A DNA stretch of 64,000 nt from Macrostomum lignano (taxonomy: Eukaryota), in assembly GCA_002269645.1 (NCBI GenBank), contig NIVC01000343.1, positions 171,218 to 235,217 on the forward strand, in the 5' to 3' direction. Position 1 is the first letter of the stretch. Each line of letters begins with the position of its first letter. Positions 16,284 to 30,000 of the stretch are shown here, piece after piece. Made by a program: the position numbers and the translations under genes. The notes under the pieces are model-generated. The model was not told the DNA's origin. It saw only the letters and a list, made by a program, of their open reading frames with translations, and did not search any database.

Positions 16284-17341
16284 TGTAGAGATCTCCAAAC
16301 ATTGTAGACTACTAGAAGTAGTAAGATAAAATTACGAATACAAATTTTAATATAGCATGCGTCATACTCTATTTTTAGTAATACCAGTAATATCACGAAA
16401 ACAGCGACTGATCATTCCATAGTTCGAAAAACCAGTTCTCAACATCTATTTCCAAATATGGTAAATGTTAACCTGAATACAACCCAAGTTTCACCATTTT
16501 CTATTCAATAACCCCACCGGTAAAAAGACAAAATTAATTTCTTGATCTCATCAATAAAACCGGTTTGGGCTCAAAGTTCGACTTAAATTGTGTATGAATT
16601 GTATGAATACAAGTGAAAAACCCGAGCTGAAACCTCAGACTCGGAGCAGCCTCGGAGCGGCCTCAAGAGCTCTTGGGCTTTACCAGAGCAGCCAAACGAG
16701 GCCATATCTCTGAGGGAGACAAATACCAATTGATAAGTCTTTGTCAGAGTCTTTGTTATTTGATTATTGAGAACTGTGTTATTACCGGCCGTTACTGATC
16801 AGTTGTTTTTATTAAGTTATTGAATTTGAGGCCTCTCGATTCCTAGGGGATTGGATAGGATCTGCATACCGATTCCGATACTATTAGGGGGTTATTGATT
16901 GATTGATTTTGGTACCCTAGAGTAACAGATAAGGGCACACGACTCTGAGATTCTGTTATTTCTAGAAGAAGACGCCCTTCCTGGAGGACCTCGTCATTGT
17001 TATAGAGTTGATTTATTATTACGGCGCATCTTTGATTTTGAACACGAGGAATATAATATATATATTGAATTACTGAACTCGAGGAATACATTGCCGTCGA
17101 CGGATTAAACTGTTACGCTCTCATTCTCGGCCGACCTTAGGATTCAAGAAGACAACTCCGGAAGAAAGATCATATTGAGGAGACGAGCTCTACTGACCCG
17201 CCCGATAAAGAAGAGGAGCCCGCACCAGTAAGTGATCACTGAATTCTGTTCCCAGGCTTGAGGTCTGGAAGTGGGAGTTCGTGCGTTTAGACAATTCTCT
17301 CTCCTCTTTCTCTCTCTCTTTCCCACTCTCTCTCTCTCTAG
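16284..17341. repeat. Dispersed ~1.06-kb repeat, copy B (inverted homologue of 1561-2586)
   Basis: See copy A. Confidence 0.85.
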
Positions 17342-18727
17342 TGTGCTAAAGTGAACTCTTCACAACAATGGCCTCGAGTTGCTCTTCCGGAGCAACGTCG
17401 CTAGCGGATACGCTCGTAAGTAGTGGCACTCGCTTGTTTTCGTCGGCGCGGTGCTCGAGTGGACTACGGCGTCGTTTGCAGTTCTGAGGACGAAAAGAAC
17501 TTTTGACAGAGTTCTGTACAACCTAGCAACACAATGCATATACATACATGTACTGAAAGTACTCTCTTTGGGGTTAGAATTTGAGTTCCGACTATGTTTC
17601 ATCTCGTGGCGAACTGATTTTCTACATTAGCGTATACAAGTTTAAGTTTGTAGAAAGTGAAAAAGTGCTGGACAGGTGGGAAGAAATCTGATTTTCAAAT
17701 CTTATTCATCTCACACGACACATCCTTCAGAATTTCTACGCATTAAGAACTTTTCAAAGTGGTTGGTTAGGCTAACTAGCTGGGCAGAAGTCTAAGACAA
17801 ACATTAAAGCTTCCAGGAAATACATGGATTATACAGTAAACTTATGTTTACGCTCTTATTGCTATCCACTTAGAAGCTTTGGTATACAAATTCTCCATAA
17901 GTTGAGCAAAAGACAATAATTAAACTAACGAAACTTACATTAGTGCAAAACTTTCCTTAAAAGAAAAGCAGCAAGTCTCACTGTCTAACTGGGTGTCTTA
18001 TTGTGTTCTCAGGCTTGAGTAAGCCGGGAGAGAGACGGAGCGACTCAAAATTCAACAAACGGTATTCTTCAATTCTTCTTTAATGTTTTGCTGGGGAAGC
18101 GATTCTGGCAAGCAACTCCTAGAAGCAACGTCTAGCAAAGCTTAATTACGTATTCTCAAGATGCGACGACACAATGTAGGCATTGAAAAAATTTTGCCGG
18201 AGGCCTCCAAGCCAACCTAAGTTTCACCCAAAAATTGGTAATGCTAACTAGAAGCGTTGAGAACATGCAGTGACATTTTATCTACTTTGCTAAAGCTAAG
18301 GACTTAGTTCGTTTCTTTTTTCCTCATTTATTTTCACATGCCATAGCCTGTGCCACCACATAGGAATTCAGTTTGTCAACCTCAAAATTGAGGCATTGAG
18401 AGTAGATACGCTCCTAAATTATTCAATGATAGTCCAGCTTCTCTTACGGACTTATGGAAAAAAATTGCATTGCTTTTAGTCTTGCTTTGCTTGCCTCACG
18501 GATGTGCCCTCATTGGCTAGGCATCCACAAGACTGAGGATTGTCAATTCCTACTTTTACAAGAGGTATATATGTAGACCTTTACTTTTTACAAGAAGCAG
18601 CAAACTTGTCAAGTTTTGTTTTCAAGGAAAATTTGGTTAAGTTTTGTTGACACCTATAAGATTGACAACGTATCTTACGCGTCTAAGCAACAATCTAATA
18701 GCTCTAATCTAGCAATTTCAGATAGAA

Positions 18728-21700
18728 ATGTTATTAGCCATCATCGCACTGCTGCACCTGTCACCCGCTGCTGTCACGTTGGCAGAGTCGGCTCTAGTGA
18801 TTGTCAACGGGTTCCAATTAGAATGCTGGGACAGCGGCTCCGGTTCGGATCCCTATGTGAAGGTAACCAAGAGCGGCACTGTGATTTGCACGACACCTTA
18901 CATCAACTGTAAGTTCTATTTCTGAACTAATAGCAGACTGGTACATTCTAACAAAATTGAAATCGTTCTTCTTTTATTAACTTGCCACTTAAACTCCGAA
19001 ATATGATGAAATCTGGCAGACAAATGCGGCACAAACGCGGCGATTTGGAACCATAACTGTCCGAACAGCCCGGACTGGGAGTCTGGAAGTTTCACTCTCT
19101 CTGTCTATGACTATGACTCTCACAACAGCGATGACTACATTGGCGACTGCACTGTGAGCAGCTATGTGAACGGATACAGCCAGTGCAAAATTGAGAGGTA
19201 CAGCAGCGTTAGAGGCTACATCAGTTTCTATCAACATAGTAAGTTTTACAGTTTTATTTCGTGAGCAGTGAAAACTAATTGCGGACTTAAACCCTAACAC
19301 AAAATAAGCAGAATGCAACCAGATCCAAATGACCATTTTCAAACTCTGCTTTTAACCTGGCAGATAGCGCACTGAGCTTCTACACAATCAAGGCTACATC
19401 AGCTGCTGGTCTGCCGAACCTCGATTCCGGAGATGGTCAGGCCACCGACCCCTACATGAGAGCCGTTCCGTCGCCAGTCTGCGCTGGGCGGCTCATCCAG
19501 CAGACACCAAAGATTGATGGTGAGTCAAGCTACGAGTAGATGATGTACTTTTTTCGGTAAAAATTCAGTCACCTGGCCGAACATAAGTGTTCAAGGCAGT
19601 TAGAGACATAGAAAGGCAAGGTAGCAAGACCCTCCTTCTAAGAAGCATCCTCAGCATTCACACAAAGCAGGCACAAGGACAAAAATTCAAAGATCGTGTA
19701 ATTTTTGGAGGCCGATTTCTTGGAAAAAGTACGCTGCGGAGATAGGGAAAAATCAAAATTGTACGCAATAACTGTGTATGCATGTATGTAGGAACTAATA
19801 TGCATTGAAATGGAATTATATCTACAATAATGGCTTAAGAGTAGCAACATTTCTATGATCAATATACTTTATTGAAGTAGGAACTTTCGCTGTACAACTA
19901 TATAAAATAGACGAGTAACATGTTGTGCATGCAAAATTAAAAGAATGTTAACCTTCACTGCCCCAAATTAAATGCAATCAGTGACTTTGTGACGAAACAA
20001 AACATTTCTTCCTATCTCCGCAGTGTATTTTTCCAGGAAATCGGCCTCCAAAAAATTACACTATATTTGAACTATATTTGACCTTGAGTTTGACGTCCTG
20101 CTATACTACAGTGGTCCTTGAGCAGAAACGCACACGCGAGCACGCAAACGGGCCAATCGCGTTTGCAGGGGCAAGAAACACCTGAAGTGAAACCTAAAGG
20201 TGAGGAAATATCGTTCTAAACTAAACCCTAACTACGAGTAGGATTCGTGGCTACAGCGTATTCTACGAGTATTCTTTGTTTAGGTTCGGTATAACGACAA
20301 CTAAACCATTTTAACACCAATAAGTTGATTGGTGATTCAGCTTGCTCCAAAGCATCCGGTTGGAGATCAAGGATGCGACGACGAGCGGCGGCATTTTTAC
20401 ATGCTGAACTCAAATTTTACTGAATCATGGTTGGCAAGGCAGCCACCCAAGGACATCTGTAGTAGAGTGCACTGTACGGCAGTGGTCCTTGCAACCACCT
20501 TGTCCAATTTTTTTGGACACGACTTCGCATAACCTTAATGTACATTTTATCGTTATAATATTGGAATCGATAACTTGTGTTGTGTCGATCTTGTGTGTAA
20601 GCTTAAGTAGAGAATTAATTGATAGCTGTAATGCGTCCCCTTGTATGCAAACATTACATTTTTTGCCGACATTGACTTGTTTCATTCCATACGGCAACAG
20701 TAACAAAAGATCCTGTCAGATAGGTCTTGAAAACTCGTGCACAGCATCAATACAAGCTTAAATATTGATACAACACAAATATGGAATAAAAATAATCAAT
20801 GCAATATACTTGTAGACAGACGCCACCCGACGTGGAACCACCTATTGCCAGTCAGCTACCCCAGCGGTCACGTGAGATTCGAAGTCTTTGATGACGACGG
20901 CAGCTACTACAGACGGGAGAGACTTGGCTACTGCGTTAGGACTCTGAAGACTGGCACTTACCGGTGCGCGCTTAGTATAAAAGGGACATTGGAATATACG
21001 GTAACAGCAGCCACTGCAGGTGAGTTTCAGCTTAAGTCGGTCAGCAGACTAATGATGACCGCCAGAATTGAAAGAAATACTTTTCAGTCGAGGTCACTTT
21101 CTTATGATTGTTTATGATTAACACAGAAAAATAGTAAAACATCCTGCATTGCTTATAATCTATCATCTAATAATAATAGCTATAAATGTTAATTAAGGCA
21201 GCTGTGCAACCGACAGCTCAGCCGCAGCTATTGCGCGGCGCATCTGAAGGCTGCGTACGGCTGTTCAGTCCTGCAAGGGCTTGGGGGTCGCCACACACAC
21301 CCTCAATTTACCCCAGCTAATGCTGGCACCCATTTAACAGCTGAGTGAACTGAAGCAATGCAGATCGAGTTAAGTGTCTTGCTCAAGGACACAAATTGTC
21401 CCCAGTGGGATCGGGAATCGAACCCCCGACCTTTCAGTCGTGACTCCGACGCTCTAACCACTAGGCTAGCTACTACCCCTTAGTTGACAAGGGGTAGTAG
21501 ATTGAATTGACACTTTTCCTTCCCTGTCAGGCACCTTCAGCATCACTATTAAATCTGCAAGCAACCTGGTTGTTACCAACTCTGACGACTGGCCAGACCC
21601 GCTGGTGGTGGCAGCCGCCTACGATCCCAACTGTGGCGAAAACTCCACAGTTGTATGGAGTGAGTACGGCTGGGAACTCCATGGAGACCATTGCCTAAAT

Positions 21701-22874
21701 GGTTCATGCTTATAACTTGAGTTTGAGTAAAATTAAAGCTCTATGCTCCTGAACATTGCAGATAGCATGTCTCCGGTCTGGAACGAAGTGCTCCAATCCT
21801 TCCACTACCCTGCACAGCAAGTGACTCTGTCCGTCTATGACGACGACGCATTCTTCGATACGCCCGACACGCTTATTGGCTACTGTGTGGTGGCTGAGCT
21901 GCAGCTGGGCAACTTCACCTGCAGTCTGACGGGCCAGGGCAGCCTCACCTACACTGTGGGTGAGTAGTGAACTTGGCTGCATGTAGAATTTGCTACCAAA
22001 AGTTTAGACATCGCCAGCTAAATTCTCCTCCAAATTTCGTTATTCGGACTGAAGTCTTGGGTAGGTTTTTACGGTAAGTCCTTATTCGTATTGTTTTTGT
22101 TGTTGTTGTTAAACGGGGTGGGAAGCTGGGCTTACCCGCGGATCAGCCCTGGGGGGGGGGGGCTCTGCCGCTGTGGGGCACTATCCTAGGGCACTTTCGT
22201 GGACCCGAGATACCCTCCTCGGAAGACCGAGAGCCAATTTAGTTGGGCCCTGACTTAAGCCAGGGGAGAGCAGAAGGACCTCAAGCCTACGGTACAAGAC
22301 ACCGCCAACCCAATATTAGTGGAATCAGGGACGGTACTAGGACTGAATCCACCCAGACCATCCCCCCAGCTAGCGAGTCTTTGGGAGTGCGCAGAAAAAT
22401 TGGAGAGCAAAATGCTTGGGATACTACTGAAAAAGCGGTCCGAGTGAGGAGTTACTCCTAAACCTGCGGAAATGGCTTGACTATTGGAGTGAGTCTGGAA
22501 GGCTTGTATCCGAGGGCGAGTCTCCTATCAGGCCAGCGACCAAAAGACCTATAGGGATGCAAGCCACAAGGGGTATCGCCTATCCAGCTCAATATTGGGG
22601 GCCAGGCCAAGGGGTCGGAAGAGAGGCACCCGGGGCAAGAGGACTCCAGACTCAGCCGGTAGTCCCCGGTACGGGACGAACATCCTTCCCAGGACACCAA
22701 TCCACTGTCAGGATGAGAGCCAGAGACACACAAGCAGGGACCTTCAGCAGGAGCCAGGAGAAGTATAAGTATTGCTTTTACGAAATCCGAACGTGAGCAT
22801 CAGAGAGCGTAGGTCTAATGTTAAATTTGTTTTTATCATTTTTCTATGTTTTCATTTTAGTACGAGGACTATAA
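18728..22874 (+). CDS. Secreted triple-C2-domain protein, paralogue 3 (intact, 366 aa)
   Basis: Exons 18728-18908, 19020-19238, 19364-19519, 20816-21019, 21531-21659, 21762-21959, 22861-22874 total 1101 nt with an open frame and only phase-1 GT-AG introns. Signal peptide MLLAIIALLHLSPAAVTLA. Motifs SDPYVKV, YDYDSHNSDDYIGDC, TDPYMRA, FDDDG, YDDDAFFDTPDTLIGYC. Confidence 0.9.
21198..21470 (-). mobile_element. tRNA-derived SINE with V-SINE-like central domain
   Basis: Minus-strand head TAGCCTAGTGGTTAGAGC (A box) ... GGTTCGATTCCC (B box), then TGTGTCCTTGAGCAAGACACTTAAC. Homologous to 32227-32422 and 47820-48038. Confidence 0.85.
22110..22790. mobile_element. Unclassified GC-rich insertion in the last intron of paralogue 3
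   Basis: Sharp GC step against AT-rich intron flanks, with no recognisable protein motif. Confidence 0.3.
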
Positions 22875-24051
22875 ATTTGTTTTACTGATTTTAGCTAACA
22901 CCAAATGCGAAATGAAGTAGTCAATAAATATACATGTACGTGTCACATTTGTTATTTTTAAGTCACTACAATTTTGTGTACTAAAACTAAAGTTCGCTTG
23001 AAAACGTCAGGTTTTTTTATTTTATTTTATTTTAGTAAAACGAATAATAATGGTAATATACTTCTATTCTGCTAATAGCTTAATAAGAGCACGTGAAAAT
23101 AGAGGTAGGAGTGTAGGGATGCTGAAACGGAGGCTGTAGAAGTCTTCGTGAGATTCGAGAAATGGCCTACCAGAATTTTGTGCCAGTTTTTGCGCATTAT
23201 AACAAAATAAACAAACCCAAAGTACAGTACGGAAACTAAAATTAAATAACACTACTAATTAAATGCTGATAAATTTCCTATGCGCTAATAGTGTTGTGAC
23301 GAATTATTCTGGAAAATGGTGGAAATTTAACGTAGAGAGAATTTTACTGAACAGTACGCTAAAAATATTACCGGTAGTCCCTTCATCAGAAGATTATCAA
23401 CCTATCAATCAATTTTTTGGAGCGTTTGCTCAGCCCTGTAAAAGCGAATCCTAATGCTTTGTCTCTGTTGTATTACAGAAAGTGTGAAGAGAACTGGATA
23501 ACTCGGTACGCTCAAACAGAGAATAAGTTGTAAATCTTTTATTTGTTAGGAACATTCTTTCGCGAATTTTTATCGATGAAATTGGATGACACGAAGCGGA
23601 ATGGTTTAACAGCTTGTGCTGACATGGTGGGCGGACAACCTGCGACATACAGATACTAGAAAGCAGAGGTCATTCATAGGAGGTCAATTATTCCAGCAGA
23701 TTGAATTGCAGTTTGGAATTCACTCAATCGAAGTTACCATGGCTACTAAATCATACACGTGGTTGTAGCCAGCCAGCCTACGTATGCTGCAAGAAGGATG
23801 AAACTCGGCATGTAAAAATGTATTTAAAAACATATGTAAAAACTGGCTCAAAAACTGGCCTGTAAAGACTGAGTCTGAGTTTGATCCGTAGCACGAGATG
23901 CATAATTTTTAATACAGATCTTATAGTGGTATGTATTTATGAGCAGCAGTAAAATTTATAAGGTATAATTAGTACTCTTAGTAATAGCACAGAATCTTGC
24001 GCGATGACCAATAAATACGTCGAAATATATAAGTACACTTACCAAATCTAC

Positions 24052-27000
24052 TTACCAGAGTGCAACTTCAAATTGATTATAATTAGTCTGTCAAACAAGA
24101 TTTATGAGCACAAGCACTAATTTGCCTGCGCAAACACTTGCCTGGATTGGACCAGCTGGCAGCGCGGATTTCCGCCGGCTCAACCAGATAGGTGAAGTTG
24201 CCGCCGCTGCTGATGCTGCACGTGTGCTGGCCCGGGCTCAGCTGCTGCAGGCTGGTGCACGAGCCGATCATCTGGTCGGAACTGCCGTCCCGATCCGACA
24301 GGGTGAAATTAACGGACGCATTGGCTGCGAACAGGCCATTCAGGGTCTGGTTCCAGCGCGGGTGCAGGCTGTCTGGCTCAGGTGGTGGCGGTGAGATTAA
24401 TGTCAGGGTCGAAAGTATTAGAGTCGAAGTTGAGACTTATTTTGTCTCAACCTGAGATGATTGCGTTTGCCACACCTTCCCTTGCCGCACTTCCCTTGCC
24501 GCACTTTCCCTTGCTGCACCTTCCCTTGCCGCACCTTCCCTTGCCGCACCTTGCCACACAATACGCACGTGACGTTATTCTGCCATGGGGATTCCAGTCA
24601 TCAAGGCTATCGTTTAAGTTTGTTCGTTGTTGTTTCGTTTTCATACGCAAGCGTAAAAACTTACCAGTAAAAGCAACATAATGGCCAGATAATTCACTGA
24701 TATTCAGACCCCAAAAGACGAATCTTCATCGCTGCCTCTATTGCGCTCCAACCCATCTTCTGGCTGCAAAAAGATAGTGCAGCTCACAAAAGCTAAGTCT
24801 AGCTATAGATTTACCTGGCGCAATGCCACTGATAGCGCCACAGAATAAGCCAACTGACGAGGCCAGCACAAAGGGATCGGACGGTCCGCTGCTGCTGTCG
24901 GTATCCTCCAGATCCCATGCGGACACTATCTTCAGTGTGTAGGTGTCTGCAAATAGTATCGATTATTAGCAATATTCGGTGAAACCTACAAGCATAGTTT
25001 GACTGATTCTTTATTCATGAATTAACTTGAACTTAATTAGTTCAGAATTTGTTGTTCAGTACTCGTCACTTTAACAGAATGCAGGACACGGTTCTTCTAT
25101 AAAATATGCTATTGAGTTGATTTAGCCAACATTTTTACGACTATTTCTGCAAGCTTACGAGCGCCAACGAGACTCAACGAGAGATGTGATGCAGCAAATG
25201 AGAGAGTCTCTAAAAAAATGAGCTACACGTACCAACCTTGCCTAAAATTGTCATCAACGCTTTTACTGCTAACTGTCAAAATAGGCGTCCCATTCAACGA
25301 CCAGTTTGTTCTTTACCATTTGTGGTGTATCGCACACTGAGATGCACTATAGTTTATATAAGTTCAAGTTCGTTATTCTATGCCGTTTGTTTGCACTAAT
25401 CGCCTCTAAGCATTCTATCGCTACAGTTTCTTCTATGGTAATTAACCCAGCCCAAAGTTCCTAGAGCTCACCCTTCTGATCTCTTTCAAATAAGAAATAT
25501 AAAGAATCTTAAGCTCATGAGTTAAATACTTCAGCCGGAGTTCAATTCACAACAATGGCGTCGCAGCTCGGCGAACTGCCGCTGGATAAACCTGACCGAG
25601 CACAGGTTTGGCTGACTGCCTTTCAAGCGCTGGCCAGAGCGAAAGGCTGGTCTGATTCAACCGAAAAAAAAACGATCGCTGACAACTTTCTCGCTATCTG
25701 TGGACTCACCGCGCTTGAAAAGCTGCAGAGTCTGGTGTCGCCACGCCCACTCACGGAGCTCTCATTCGAGGATATTCAGACGACATTTGTCACGTATCTG
25801 CGCCCCAAAGAGAAACTGATAATCGCTGAGCGCGCGCGATTCTTCAAGACGCAACAACTGCAAGGAGAAAGCATTTCTGATTTCGTCAGTCGTCTCCGCC
25901 AGGCGGCCACTGACTGCAAGTTCGACGACCTCAAGGCATGCAGAAGCCCTTCCGAGGAGCTAATCAGTACGGCACTCATCGCAGGACTGCGCGATAGCCG
26001 GGAGCAGCAGCGCGTACTCGAAGCAATGCAGCTGAAACTGATGTCCGTCTCAGAAATCACGGACTTCATACGCAACCTAGAGCAAGTCGATGGCTTCGTC
26101 GCCAGGCAGATGGACAAGGCAACCGGCCAATCTAAAACACCATGCACCTACGAAGCCACCCTTCATTACGCTCAATCCGGTCGGCCTGAGACATCGCAGC
26201 ATGCAAGCTCTCGTCGCACAATCAGCGCCTGTCGGTACTGTGGCAAGTCACACCCTGAAGGCAGATGCCCGGCTTTCGGAAAAAGCTGCTCCAAGTGTGG
26301 AAAGAAAAACCACTTCAGTACTGTTTGTAAGTCTCGATCCATGCACTACACGACTACTTGTGAGGAGGATTCAGATTCCGCCCAACAAAAAACAGACGTA
26401 CTGCATCTCATCGATGCGCTCAATTCGATTGAAGTATCTATGGAGACTGTGCGCATCAACGATAAGCCCTTCAAAATGCAGATCGACACGGGAGCATCGG
26501 TCTCCGTGCTCTCCAGTGCGCAGTGGGCTCTACTGGGTAAGCCACCACTCATGCGTTCCAATCGGCGCTTGGAGGCCTTCGACGGGCACGTCATGAAATC
26601 GCTTGGCAAAGTGACTGCAACTGTGGAGCTACGAGGACGCCTTCAACCAGTGGAACTGATTGTAGTCTCTTCGGAAAAGACGTACGGGTTGCTTGGCCGC
26701 GACCTCCTCGAGTCTGACGGTGTCTTCCATGCCAGCGATGTTCAAGCAGAAAAAACTGCCATCGAACCTCTGCCCTGTATCCGAGGCGTTAAGGCCCGAA
26801 TGGAACTGGTGGACGGTGCTAAACCACAATTTTGCCGCGCTCGTGCTGTGCCACTCGCCCTAGAAAGCCAAATCAGCGCAGAACTGGATCGCCTCCACCA
26901 ACTTGGTGTCATCGAGCCAACAGAGGGTCCGGTTAGTAACGCTTCACCCGTAGTGTGGGTAAAGAAGAAGGATGGAACTCTCCGCATGTGCGCGGACTAC

Positions 27001-30000
27001 AGCGTGCACGTCAATTCGAAGATCAAATCAGACTCATATCCCATTCCACACATCGAGACCATGTTCTCCAAGCTAAAGAACGCCAAAACTTTCGCCACAG
27101 TCGATCTACGTTCGGCGTACTGGCAGATCGAGCTTGATGAAGCCGCGAGAGACCTATCGGTAATAAACACGTCCCGCGGGCTCTATCGTGTCAACCGGCT
27201 GCAAATGGGGATGAAGAACGCCTCCTTCATCTTCCAACGCACCATGGAATCCATTCTAGGAGACATCAAAGGACTGCTTATCTACCAAGACGACATTCTC
27301 ATTCACGCGCCAGACAAACCCACGCTGGAGAAGCGCCTCGCTGCTGTGCGAACGCGTCTATCTGAGAAGCGCGTGACTATCAACGAAGCGAAAAGCATCA
27401 GCTATTGCGATTCGGTTTCGTTCTTGGGCTTCCGAATATCCGCGGCTGGTATTCAGCCCGATGATCGCCTAGTGGAGAAAATTCGCCATGTGTGCCCGCC
27501 AGCAAATAAATCAGAGCTCGCTCACTTTCTTGGCTTGGTAAACTTCTTCGGCCGCCTCATCCCAAACTTTGCAGGCAAAACTGCACCGCTTAATAGACTA
27601 CGACAAGCAAGCGTTCCGTTCGTGTGGTCGGAGGAGTGTTCCAAAGCGTTCGAGAGCCTAAAGCTGGAAATCGCTTCAGCGCCTGTGGTCCAGCCCTACA
27701 GCTTGACAAAGGAACTGACGCTGACCACTGATGCTTCCAAAGGAGCCCTCGCCGCCGTGGCAACACAAGATGGCCATCCCGTGATATACGTGTCACGTAG
27801 CCTGTCCTCCGCTGAATCCAATTATTCTAACATCGAGCGGGAGGCCTTGGCTATTGTTTGGGCCATCGCACGCTTGAAGCACTACTTCCATGGCCGACCA
27901 TTCACAATACGCACAGACCATCAACCGCTCATCCGATTTTTTGGCTCCGGATCCGGCGTCCCAGTGGATGCCTCAGCCCGAATCGGACGCTGGGCCTTGT
28001 ACCTGATGCAGTTTGATTACCGAATTCAGTATGCACGTGGCAGTAGAATTCCACACGTAGATGCCTTATCCAGACTCAGATTCGATGACAGCTCATCAGA
28101 CGACAAGGCCACATTCGAGACGATTAATTCAATCGCATTTGAATCACCTGTGATCGACGCTAAACGAATCACAGCGGAGATAGAGTTAGACGCGCTCACC
28201 CAGAGAATTCTCAATCGCGTCCGCCAAGGCGATTGGCGAAACTGCAGCCAGGCAGAAGCGCAGTTCAAAAAAGTCTCAAACAAACTAACGCTAGAAAATG
28301 GACTACTCTACATGCAAAGAAGAGTCTTCATTCCACCAAGACTGCGCAAGCCCGCGTTCGATGCCATTCACGACACGCACACGGGCATGCATGCAGCGCA
28401 CAGTCTAATGTCTACCAGCTGCTGGTGGCCCGGAATGCAACAGGACGTTGCCCAGTTTGTTCGACGCTGTCCAGACTGCTGCAGGCTTCGGCCTCAACTC
28501 GGCCACGACAGGGATCGCTGGCCTCCATCAACGTATCCGTTCCAGCGCGTACACATGGACTGGGCATACGTAAAAGGCGCTGGAAACATCCTGGTCATCG
28601 TGGATTCCTTTTCCGGCTGGATAGAAGCATTTCCTTGCCGCGATCGCACAGCTGATTCAGTCATTCAGTGCCTGCGTACCGTATTCACACGGTTCGGCGT
28701 CCCCGAGCTGGTGGTTTCGGACAACGCCCCAGAGTTCACCACTGAAGTGCTCACGTCGTGGCTCCGCGCCAATGGTGCCAAGAAGCTCGAGTCACCCACC
28801 TATTACCCGCAGGCGAATGGAGCCGCAGAAAGGGCCGTTCAGACCGTCAAGTCCGCACTAAGGGCCTGGTCTGAAAAAATTACGCACATGGAGTTTAGCC
28901 GCTTCTTGCAAAAGGTCCTCCTGCACCACAGAAACTCAGCCTCTTCGCGGGGCTGCTGCCCAGCCGAAATTCTTTTTGGACGGCGACTCAGAGTCCCGGT
29001 GGTGACCAACTTCGAACAGGGTGACAGCGTGATCTATGCGCCAAGCAGCTCCTCAGTCGGCAACCCGGCAAAGTTCGTGATGACGGCAGGTCAAAACACG
29101 GCATGGATCCTCGCTGACGATGGGCTTCGCCTTGCAAGCACGAATCAACTTGCCCCAATGGCCACCCGGCCATCGGAATTCGAGATGGAGGACGAAGATG
29201 AGACTAACAGCGTGCCAGAAACCGGAAACGAGCCAGTCGCAGGGATTCAGACACCCGTGCCTGAAGAAGCCGTTCAGCTGAGAAGGAGCCTCAGAAACCG
29301 ATCCGCTCCTGAGCGCTTTGTGCCTTAAACTGGTATCCGAGGAGGGTTGAAAAAAAACGCGAAACTAATGAAACGACATGAAACGACTTCACTGTTCCAA
29401 TTGACATCTTCTGAATATAGGGAGGGGCATGTGGTGTATCGCACACTGAGATGCACTATAGTTTATATAAGTTCAAGTTCGTTATTCTATGCCGTTTGTT
29501 TGCACTAATCGCCTCTAAGCATTCTATCGCTACAGTTTCTTCTATGGTAATTAACCCAGCCCAAAGTTCCTAGAGCTCACCCTTCTGATCTCTTTCAAAT
29601 AAGAAATATAAAGAATCTTAAGCTCATGAGTTAAATACTTCAGCCGGAGTTCAATTCACAACACCATTTTTATGTTGCTCTTGTTGTCTGCTTTGTTCTA
29701 GTAAAAGTTAGAGTTTTTGTAGATACGTGAGATTGTCTATCTAGTCATCTAATGTACATGTGTACTAATTGCTGTACTCAACTAATCTACGTCTCTGAAA
29801 CAAACTGCTAATCCGAAGCCATTCGTTCAGCTGTTTTAATGAAGAGACTTGCCGCTTAAAAAACACTACGGACACCTCTCGTAATTTATATTGGCCTCTT
29901 TAAATTGGTGAATTGCGATTCCATGCGATGACACCCTACTTTTTCGCCTACTCCGCAGTTTCTAGCACTCTGTGAGCGTACAACATGAGATTCCCCTCCG

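Noticed and set aside
21400-21470. tRNA gene
   Set aside because: The tRNA-like head lacks a proper acceptor stem and continues into a SINE body found three times in the window.
29682-29985. TGTTG...CAACA segment next to a 15-mer shared with the element 3 PPT region
   Set aside because: No TSD or second copy in the window; too weak to call a solo LTR.
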